Assembly: GCA_049969495.1 (NCBI GenBank)
Contig: JBMFOT010000007.1
Coordinates: 1,689 to 65,688 of the forward strand
From: Armatimonadota bacterium
GTDB taxonomy: Bacteria > Armatimonadota > HRBIN16
Direction of reading: 5' to 3'
DNA length: 64,000 nt
The notes under the pieces are model-generated. The model was not told the DNA's origin. It searched no databases and worked only from the letters and a program-made list of their open reading frames with translations. Of this stretch, positions 27,151-34,540 are shown one piece after another (positions within the stretch are counted from its first letter, which is position 1; every line of letters begins with the position of its first letter). Both the position numbers and the translations under genes were made by a program.

Positions 27151-27696
27151 CTACCGGTGTTCGAATACTTTTCGGTACGCCTCCAGATTTCCCTTATCCC
27201 AGCAGGCAATAAGCGCGGTTTGAATCTTTCCCTCGTTGTGCCGAATCGCCTGAAAAATGACGAGCGCACATTCCTCAGCGCTCCACCCTACCAGCTGCTC
27301 AGTGAAGTCCGGGAAGATTACGCGCCGCGCGCCCAGCTGTTCACACTGTTTGAGTGCGTTATCCAGTGCTCGCTCCAGCAATTCCGGCGTGGCTATCAAC
27401 TGCTCATTCAACACGTTGGCATGTATGATGTGTCGCACGCGCAACATGCCTCCACCGGTGCTTATCGCCTCGCCCGGGGGAAGGGGAGCGTAGCGACGGG
27501 CTTCGTCCTCTACCATATCGCCCGCCTCGTCTCGGATGCGTTTGCTTACCCGCGCGCCCATCCACAGCAGGTGGTTGGAAAGCAGTATTAGCGCGTCCGC
27601 GCGCAGGTTGCGCAGATAGCGCACGTGGTAAAGCTCTATCGTACACGTCCCAACCTGTCTGCGCATAACGGGCTTCGGCGATATACCAAACAGCAT
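27151..27696 (-). CDS. Macro-domain protein with atypical ligand loops
   Basis: DALILLSN..MG, PGEAISTGGGMLRVRHIIHA, ALKQCEQLGARRVIFP. Confidence 0.8.
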   Translation of the reverse strand: MLFGISPKPVMRRQVGTCTIELYHVRYLRNLRADALILLSNHLLWMGARVSKRIRDEAGDMVEDEARRYAPLPPGEAISTGGGMLRVRHIIHANVLNEQLIATPELLERALDNALKQCEQLGARRVIFPDFTEQLVGWSAEECALVIFQAIRHNEGKIQTALIACWDKGNLEAYRKVFEHR

Positions 27697-27707
27697 CTGT
27701 CACCTCC

Positions 27708-28490
27708 TTATAGCCAGTCCGAGAGACGCTCGAAAACCGCTTCGGTGGTGTACGCATCGATGCGCCGCCAGCGGGTATCGCTACGCGCTTGACGTTCGGC
27801 ATCCTCCATGCGTTTATAGTGAAGGCGCACGGTCACCGGACTATCCACGCGAAACGGGCGCATTTCGGGCAGCCGCGCCACTGCTCGCGTTACCGCCTCA
27901 TATATCTCCGCCTCCACCCGTTTGGGGTGTTTGCTCAGCGCGGCGTTCCAGCCGAAGCTCTGCTTGGTCACCACCACTTCCACCCAGGGCAAGAATCGCT
28001 TTGCCTCGGCAACGCATTGATCATCACTGCTGACGAAGATGACCGGCACACCCATTTCGCCCGCAATGGCGGCGTCTATCTCCACCTCGCCCATCTGTAC
28101 GCCGTTCACTTCTATCCACTGGTAGGCTTTAGAACTGTAAGAGTGTGCCAGCACCGCATCGGGGGTGTTGTCCATCGCGTGGTAGCCGATGAACAGTACG
28201 CCGTCAAAGCGTTCGTCCACTCCCGGGTAACGACGTCCGAAGCCCGATCCCAATGCGATTTCCGCCCGCTCGTCCAGCTGCTCATAATCGAGGTTCACTC
28301 CGCCCCCATGACTGTCAGAAACGATTACTCGCTCTGCGCCCGCGTCGAACAGAGCACGCACCGCCGCGTTTGCCTCGCGCACTGCCTGTTGGCAGGCGAA
28401 AGCATAGTTGCGCGAGTCGGTCAGCGTGCCGCCGGGCGCGCCCACCACACAGGCTAATCCTTCACAATCCACCGATACGAAAAAGCGCAT
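27708..28490 (-). CDS. dppA: M55 D-aminopeptidase (DppA family)
   Basis: SVDCEG, VSDSHGGGVN, FIGYHAM, LAHSYS, FVSSDD. Confidence 0.92.
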   Translation of the reverse strand: MRFFVSVDCEGLACVVGAPGGTLTDSRNYAFACQQAVREANAAVRALFDAGAERVIVSDSHGGGVNLDYEQLDERAEIALGSGFGRRYPGVDERFDGVLFIGYHAMDNTPDAVLAHSYSSKAYQWIEVNGVQMGEVEIDAAIAGEMGVPVIFVSSDDQCVAEAKRFLPWVEVVVTKQSFGWNAALSKHPKRVEAEIYEAVTRAVARLPEMRPFRVDSPVTVRLHYKRMEDAERQARSDTRWRRIDAYTTEAVFERLSDWL

Positions 28491-28554
28491 CGCTCGCCCT
28501 CTTTTAGTCTGTCAACGTGATTATTTAGATATAGGCAGGACGTTGCCGCATGCC

Positions 28555-28616
28555 TGTCATTCTGAGCGCAAGCCATGACAGAAAGAAGAGATGCTTCGCT
28601 GACGCTCAGCATGACA
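28555..28616. repeat. Palindromic element family B, copy 2
   Basis: TGTCATTCTGAG..CTCAGCATGACA; 37 bp (28588-28624) identical to 47852-47888. Confidence 0.88.
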
Positions 28617-28659
28617 CAATAGACCGCCCCCTGCCTTCGGGCGAAACATGCTTATCCCA

Positions 28660-28704
28660 AGACTAAGATATAGCAGAGTAAAAAACTCTCTGCTTCTTGA
28701 GTCT
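28660..28704. other. Long imperfect hairpin in the divergent dppA / radical-SAM intergenic region
   Basis: agact-aaga-tat-agcagag [taaaaaact] ctctgct-tctt-g-agtct. Confidence 0.4.
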
Positions 28705-28759
28705 ATTGTTCGCCGGACCGGCAGAACCCTGCTGTAACAGAACCACCGACCACATTTAG

Positions 28760-28797
28760 TTGACATCCCTTCTCAATCCAGTATACAATAGTATACT
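28760..28797 (+). promoter_or_regulatory. Near-leaderless sigma70 promoter overlapped by a perfect palindrome
   Basis: TTGACA 28760, TACAAT 28784 (N18), AGTATAC-AATA-GTATACT 28780-28797, ATG 28800 with no RBS. Confidence 0.65.
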
Positions 28798-28799
28798 TT

Positions 28800-29237
28800 A
28801 TGCGCACTCTGCAGGTTCAGGAGATACGGTGCAAACGTCTGTTGCACCGGACAGGCGCGTCCTTTGCGGAGTTTACGCTGAACCCGTACATCGGATGCGG
28901 GTTCGGGTGTTCCTACTGCTACGTACCCGTGCTGCGAGCGAAGCGCGGTCAAGAGGGCGCAGACACCGCCACGTGGGCGTGGTGCCCTTTCCTGCCGGGC
29001 GTGGAGAACACCCCGGAGCAGATCAGGCGTTATGTGCAGACCGCTGCACAGGTGGGCGTGCGTGAGATCTGGGTGGGCAGAATCAACTACTGGAGCTTTC
29101 TGGAGGAACGATACAAAGCGCTGTTGCGTCAGTATCGCGCAGAGACGGGGCGGACACCGCGCCTGCTGATGCGCGAGCAAACCGAGCAGCTGGTCAAGGA
29201 AGAGTGCGAGAAGGCTGGGATTGTGTGCCGAATCTGA
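28800..29237 (+). pseudogene. SPL-family radical SAM gene, apparently internally deleted in frame
   Basis: LNPYIGCGFGCSYCY (CxxxCxxC) followed ~20 aa later by the late-barrel motif TWAWCPFLPGV; only 145 aa. Confidence 0.65.
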
Positions 29238-29245
29238 TACCATAT

Positions 29246-29344
29246 CGGCCTGGACGGAGCCTCGCCCTCCAGAGGGATTGCTTTGGAGGGTCGCGCTCCG
29301 TCGCGACCAAAACCAACGGCTTGGACGGAGCCTCGCCCTCCAGA
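29246..29344. repeat. REP family D triplet (BIME-like) between convergent genes
   Basis: Direct copies cggc(c/t)tggacggagcctcgccctccaga at 29246 and 29317 with an inverse variant ttggagggtcgcgctccgtcgcgacc at 29283. Confidence 0.85.
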
Positions 29345-29354
29345 AAGACGTCAC

Positions 29355-29615
29355 TTAGAAGCTCTCAGCAGGAACAGCCAGCATAGTATCGGTTACCAGC
29401 AGACCGGTCTCCGCTACGGCGCGCAGGAAGCGGTTGGCGGTCGCCTGGTCCGGGGCGGACCACACGGCAACCAGGTCGTACTGTCCGTAGGTAATCACCG
29501 CCGCTTTAATCTGGATGCCGTGTTGTGAGGCAAGGCTGTTCATTTGTGACAGCCCACTGCCGAACAGCTCCTTCGCCCGACCGGGCACCGCTTTCGCGAG
29601 CGTCACGAACTGCAT
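29355..29615 (-). CDS. GYD-domain protein
   Basis: 86 aa; TYGQYDLVAVWSAPD motif; GGAGGT RBS. Confidence 0.8.
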   Translation of the reverse strand: MQFVTLAKAVPGRAKELFGSGLSQMNSLASQHGIQIKAAVITYGQYDLVAVWSAPDQATANRFLRAVAETGLLVTDTMLAVPAESF

Positions 29616-29672
29616 GGCTGACACCTCCCTTGTCGGAGATTTTTTGTATCGTGCTTCAGGGAATGACCCCTG

Positions 29673-30983
29673 TTAGCCTGTGCCGGTCAGTACCTTCGTC
29701 GCCTGCTTCAGACTGCGCTTCGCCAGATCGCTGATTCGGTTCTCTGCAAAGCCGAAAACCGCGCTGTACAGCTTATCCTGTAGCGGTTCCGTCCATTTCG
29801 CCGGCAACGCCTTCGCACCGAACGCCGCACCCCAGATACTGCCTGCCGTCGCGCCGTTACAATCGGTGTCCATCCCCTGCATCACCGCAATAGTGATCAC
29901 CTTTTCAAAATCGGGCCAGCCCCACAGCAGGGCGTTCAGCACGATGGCGTCGTTGTTTACCGTATGCACCGGATGGTATCTGCCATAATATCGATTCAAG
30001 AGGCGTTGCAAAGCCTCCTGCCAGCTCCTGCACTCTTTTCGCCATTGCAGGCAGTCGCGCACCATCTCTGCCTCACGGCTGCGCGCAGGTATTTGGGCTG
30101 CGCCGGCGCGGATGATTTCCACCACGTCTTGCGTGGCAAAGGCGGAGGCAATCATCGCCGCAGCGAACATCTCACCGTAAACACCGTTTTTCACGTGTGA
30201 CAGCGTTGCATCCCGATGGGCGAACTCCGCTGCCTTTTCCGGACAACCCGGAGCCACGTAGCCCCAGAAGTCCGCCCGAATGCGTGCGCCAATCCACTCG
30301 CGATAGGGGTTTAAGTGTAGCGGAACCTCTTCCGGCGGCAGCTCGTTGACCAGATTGATATACGCCTGTCGCTCGGCGGTGTAGGTCTGGTAGACGGGCA
30401 GCAAGTGCAGCCATGCATTGCCTACGTCGCGCGTGGTAAAGCCCGCACCGTGTTTTTCAAAGAGGTGCAGACCGAGAACCGTATAGTCGGTATCGTCATC
30501 GCGCTCGCCTGCGTGAATATACCCCCTGGTGCACCACGTATACGGCTGTGGCACGCCTTCGGGAGGGGTGCGCGTCTCGGCAGGCAGGTAGTCGGTCATG
30601 GGATAGGCATCGGCTCCCTCCAGGTACTGGCGAATGCGTTCGTGGCTCCAGCCTTCCACCGGTTTACCCAGCATACATCCTGCCACGCGCCCCAGCCACG
30701 CGCCGTGTAACCGGTCCAGCAGGTCTTCTTCGCAGATGACCATTTTGAAGCGGCGCACTCCCTCATCGCGCGCCTGCTGGATGCCCCGCAGGTCGGTGGG
30801 CTCGTGGTAAGGGAAATCCTCGCGGACGGGCAAAGCCATCAGCTCGCGGTAGAGGTTCCATAGAGAGTCGGCGTTTTTTGCCTCCTGCCAGCGTTCCATG
30901 AATCCGGATGTGTCCGCGCCTTCTTCACCGCGCTGGACGATTTCATCGCGTACGAGCATCCGCAGTGTTTCGTAAGATGGCAT
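29673..30983 (-). CDS. ADP-ribosylglycohydrolase family protein
   Basis: GAWLGRVAGCMLGKPVEG, RDDDTDYT, GMDTDCNGATAGS. Confidence 0.9.
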   Translation of the reverse strand: MPSYETLRMLVRDEIVQRGEEGADTSGFMERWQEAKNADSLWNLYRELMALPVREDFPYHEPTDLRGIQQARDEGVRRFKMVICEEDLLDRLHGAWLGRVAGCMLGKPVEGWSHERIRQYLEGADAYPMTDYLPAETRTPPEGVPQPYTWCTRGYIHAGERDDDTDYTVLGLHLFEKHGAGFTTRDVGNAWLHLLPVYQTYTAERQAYINLVNELPPEEVPLHLNPYREWIGARIRADFWGYVAPGCPEKAAEFAHRDATLSHVKNGVYGEMFAAAMIASAFATQDVVEIIRAGAAQIPARSREAEMVRDCLQWRKECRSWQEALQRLLNRYYGRYHPVHTVNNDAIVLNALLWGWPDFEKVITIAVMQGMDTDCNGATAGSIWGAAFGAKALPAKWTEPLQDKLYSAVFGFAENRISDLAKRSLKQATKVLTGTG

Positions 30984-31104
30984 CGCGTGAATCTCCTCAG
31001 GGTTGTTTTGGGCTATAGATGCCACGTCTTGCCCTCTTGCCATGCATCATATTTCCCTGTGTGTTACAGCATTGCCTGCACGCACGCTCGGTTGCCTCGC
31101 TGCG

Positions 31105-31133
31105 TTGACGATTGCCATCAGAGGCGGTATAAT
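31105..31133 (+). promoter_or_regulatory. Sigma70 promoter for rpoZ-dnaJ
   Basis: TTGACG-N17-TATAAT. Confidence 0.85.
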
Positions 31134-31168
31134 TCATGGGTGTGAAAAAGAAAAAGAGGTAGCCAACC

Positions 31169-31693
31169 ATGATCCTGCCCAGTCCCGATAGGTTAAACCG
31201 CTTCAATAAGTACGCGCTGGTGATGTTGGCGGCGAAGCGTGCACGCCAGCTGCAGGAGCAGGGCATCGCTCGCCGTGCGCTGGTAAAGAGCTCTTCCAGC
31301 AACCCGTTGACCATTGCGCTGGAAGAGATTGCAGCCGGGCGGTTAGTGCCCAGCTTCAATCCTGAACCTTTGCCCGAGCTGATGGAACCCGAAGCGCCGG
31401 AAGCGGTGTTGACCCCCGAAGAGTTCGAGGAAGCGATGGCGAAAGTTGTCGAGGCAAACCTTAAGGCTTCCGATAATGGTCATGAGGCATCTGAGGTCGA
31501 ACCGGACGTGGTGGAGCCAGAAGAGGAAGCCAACGAAGATCTGTCGCTGAGCGAGGAAGAGGAACCTTCGCTCTCAGAAGAGATAGATGCGGTGCTCGGT
31601 CTGGACGAGGACGAGCCGGACACGGGCGACCTGTCGGAAGAGGAAGACGTACAACATACTCTCTTCGGCGATGAGGATCAGTCTGCTGAGTAG
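31169..31693 (+). CDS. rpoZ: RNA polymerase omega subunit with a long acidic C-terminal tail
   Basis: NKYALVMLAAKRARQL and NPLTIALEEIAAG motifs, then ~100 Glu/Asp-rich residues. Confidence 0.9.
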   Translation: MILPSPDRLNRFNKYALVMLAAKRARQLQEQGIARRALVKSSSSNPLTIALEEIAAGRLVPSFNPEPLPELMEPEAPEAVLTPEEFEEAMAKVVEANLKASDNGHEASEVEPDVVEPEEEANEDLSLSEEEEPSLSEEIDAVLGLDEDEPDTGDLSEEEDVQHTLFGDEDQSAE

Positions 31694-31713
31694 CCGAAAC
31701 GTGAGGTGTGCCG

Positions 31714-32853
31714 ATGCCGGGCGAGGTAGATTACTACGAGACATTAGGGGTTAGCAGAGATGCGACGCAGGAGGAGATCAAGCGTGCCTACCGGCGTCTT
31801 GCGCGTCAGTACCACCCCGATGTAAACCCCGGCGACAAGCAAGCCGAAGAGAAGTTCAAAGCGATCAACGAAGCGTACGAGGTGTTAAGCGACCCCGAGA
31901 AGCGCCGTGCTTACGACCTGTTTGGGCGCGCCGGAGTGCGTGGGGGCACGGCGGAACCCGATTTCGGTTTCGGCGACTTCGGCAACATCGGCGACCTGTT
32001 TGACCTGTTCTTCGGTTCCGGAGGCGCGCGCACCGAGACGCCGCGTGCACAACGCGGCAACGATTTGCGCGTGGATGTGGAGGTAACCCTCGAGGAGATC
32101 GCTTCCGGTGCACCCAAAACCATCCAGTACGCCCGCTTTCAGACCTGCTCCCGCTGCGAAGGTAGCGGCGCAGAGCCGGGTGAAAGCCCCACCACCTGTT
32201 CCACCTGCCGCGGTAGCGGGCGTGTACGTCACACACAGCATACCCTGCTGGGAACCATTTCTACCGTTGTCACCTGTCCCAACTGTCATGGCGAGGGCAG
32301 AGTGATTGCGCGACCATGTACCCAGTGTCGTGGCGAGGGACGGGTGCGCCAGATGGTGGAGCGCAACATCCGCGTACCGCTGGGCGTAGAAGACGGAACC
32401 GCCGTGCAATTTCTGGGCGAGGGCGACTCGGGCAGGCGCGGTGGTGAGGCGGGCGATCTGTATGTGGTGTTTCATGTGCGCCCGCACGAACGCTTCGAAC
32501 GAGACGGCTCCAACCTGCGCACGAAGCTAACCATCTCCTTTGCGCAGGCTGCGTTGGGAGCGACGGTGAAGGTACGCGGACTGGATGAAGATATCGACCT
32601 GGAAATCCCGCCCGGCACCCAGCCCGGCAGCGTCATTCGCCTGCAAGGGAAAGGACTGCCCAACCGCCGACAGGGCAGGGGCGACTTGCTGGTGCACATC
32701 AACATCCACGTTCCCACTCATCTGAACGAGGTGCAGCGAGGGCTCCTGCGCCAGTTCGCCGCGGCGTGCGGTGAGCGATTCACGGACGTGCCTGAAGAAG
32801 AGAAGAGCTTCTTCGAAAAGTTCATCAGCGGACTGAAGGGCGAAAAAGGCTAA
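31714..32853 (+). CDS. dnaJ: Chaperone DnaJ
   Basis: J domain with HPD, G/F region, four CxxCxGxG repeats. Confidence 0.97.
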   Translation: MPGEVDYYETLGVSRDATQEEIKRAYRRLARQYHPDVNPGDKQAEEKFKAINEAYEVLSDPEKRRAYDLFGRAGVRGGTAEPDFGFGDFGNIGDLFDLFFGSGGARTETPRAQRGNDLRVDVEVTLEEIASGAPKTIQYARFQTCSRCEGSGAEPGESPTTCSTCRGSGRVRHTQHTLLGTISTVVTCPNCHGEGRVIARPCTQCRGEGRVRQMVERNIRVPLGVEDGTAVQFLGEGDSGRRGGEAGDLYVVFHVRPHERFERDGSNLRTKLTISFAQAALGATVKVRGLDEDIDLEIPPGTQPGSVIRLQGKGLPNRRQGRGDLLVHINIHVPTHLNEVQRGLLRQFAAACGERFTDVPEEEKSFFEKFISGLKGEKG

Positions 32854-34043
32854 CGCCCTTTGTCTTCCGCGTGACGCAACGCCTGCTCAAGGTCTGCTAT
32901 CAGGCTCTCCGGCGGCTCCAGTCCGATGTGCACCCGCAACCCCCAGCGCTGTTGCCCGTCGTAATCCTCTATCAGCATCGGCAGAGCCAGGCTTTCGTAA
33001 CCACCCCAGCTCACCCCGATATGGAACATCTTCAGCGCATCCACCACGCTGACTGCCGCCTCGCGCGAGTTGTGCTTGAGGGTGAACGAGAACAACCCGC
33101 TGAATCCACTCATCTGGCGGCGCGCTAGGTCGTGTTGTGGATGGGAGGGTAAGCCCGGATACAGTACGTTATGCACCGCAGGATGCTTGTAGAGCCATTG
33201 TGCGACTTGCAGAGCGTTCTGCTGATGCTGGCGCAGGCGTGTAGGGAGTGTGCGCAAACCGCGCAGGATCAGCCATGCTGCGAAGGGGTCCAAAATACCA
33301 CCGATGAGCGTCATCTCGCGGTGAATCGCCTCGATATGCTGGCGCGAGGTGCATACCACGCCCGCAATCACGTCGCTGTGCCCGCCGAGATACTTGCTCG
33401 CCGAATGCACCACGATATCCACGCCCATTTGTATGGGTCGCTGAAAGATGGGGGTTGCCCACGTGTTGTCGATGATGGTGGTGATGGCGTGCTCTTTGGC
33501 TAACGCACAGATCGCTTCCAGCGGCTGCAACCACAGGTTGATGCTGGTAGGGCTTTCCAAATAAAACACGCGCGTGTTGGGACGCAAGGCTTGCTGGAAA
33601 TCCTCCACGTTGACACCGTGCACGAAGCTCACCTCGACGCCAAAGCGGCTCAGATAGTCCTGCAGCAGCACCCGCGCTGGGTAGTAAACGTTCTTGACGC
33701 ACACCACATGGTCGCCACTACGCAGCTGCGACATTACCGCTGCGCTGATGGCTGCCATGCCTGAAGCAAAGCAACGTGCCTCCTCTGCGCCTTCCAGCGC
33801 GGCGATTTTGCGGTTGAGAATGTCTGTGGTCGGATTGGACTCACGGGTGTAGATATATCGTCCCGATTTACGTGACCGCGCGTCGACGCTCGGCGCGGTA
33901 AACAGACTGTTCTGAAAGATGGGCGGCACCACCGAACCCATGTATCGCTCGGGGTCCTCGCCCCAGTGAATGCATATCTCCTCAAACGACAGGCTGTCGA
34001 TATCTTCGTTCACCCTGAATATCCCCCGGTTGGTGGAATGCAC
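32850..34043 (-). CDS. PLP-dependent trans-sulfuration enzyme (cystathionine gamma-synthase/lyase family)
   Basis: [42 protein letters not shown]. Confidence 0.9.
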   Translation of the reverse strand: MHSTNRGIFRVNEDIDSLSFEEICIHWGEDPERYMGSVVPPIFQNSLFTAPSVDARSRKSGRYIYTRESNPTTDILNRKIAALEGAEEARCFASGMAAISAAVMSQLRSGDHVVCVKNVYYPARVLLQDYLSRFGVEVSFVHGVNVEDFQQALRPNTRVFYLESPTSINLWLQPLEAICALAKEHAITTIIDNTWATPIFQRPIQMGVDIVVHSASKYLGGHSDVIAGVVCTSRQHIEAIHREMTLIGGILDPFAAWLILRGLRTLPTRLRQHQQNALQVAQWLYKHPAVHNVLYPGLPSHPQHDLARRQMSGFSGLFSFTLKHNSREAAVSVVDALKMFHIGVSWGGYESLALPMLIEDYDGQQRWGLRVHIGLEPPESLIADLEQALRHAEDKGR

Positions 34044-34095
34044 AGGTTACGATACACCCTGCCGCGTGGGAAAACCTGCCGACATTTGTGTTTCT

Positions 34096-34527
34096 CTAAA
34101 TCGGCGGCTCACCCGGTGGCAGGGAAAGCGCTTCCACCTCGATGGTTATCGGGCTGCTCTGGGTGCGTACGCCGAAGAGGTCTTCCGCTTCTATGGACAC
34201 CTGATACCGCTGGGCGTTGGCGGTTAGGTTTGGGGACAGGGTGATGGTGGCACGATAAATATCCTGTCCTGCGGAGTCCATCGCCAGAGAGGAGCGAGAG
34301 CCGTCTGGTGCAACCACTACCAGTGTAACGGAACGCACTCCGTTGTCGTCGCGCACCTCGGCACTCACTGTCGCCTGTCCGCCTGTAAAGCGCATCCGTG
34401 AGGGTTCTATCTGCAGGAAGCCGATACTGGGGGGTGTCATCGGCTGTGCTCCCGACAGGAACATCCCGCACCCGCCCAGGCTTAGAGATAAAGCCAGCAC
34501 GAACGGCGCCGTCAGAATGCGTCTCAT
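34096..34527 (-). CDS. Lipoprotein with one Ig-like domain
   Basis: Lipobox LGGC; beta-strand pattern; 13 bp downstream of the giant gene. Confidence 0.75.
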   Translation of the reverse strand: MRRILTAPFVLALSLSLGGCGMFLSGAQPMTPPSIGFLQIEPSRMRFTGGQATVSAEVRDDNGVRSVTLVVVAPDGSRSSLAMDSAGQDIYRATITLSPNLTANAQRYQVSIEAEDLFGVRTQSSPITIEVEALSLPPGEPPI

Positions 34528-34540
34528 CTCGCTCCTCCCA

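Noticed and set aside
29246-29344. Direct repeats 71 bp apart as a mini-CRISPR
   Set aside because: The intervening sequence is itself an inverse variant of the repeat, single copies occur elsewhere, and there are no cas genes; this fits REPs better.
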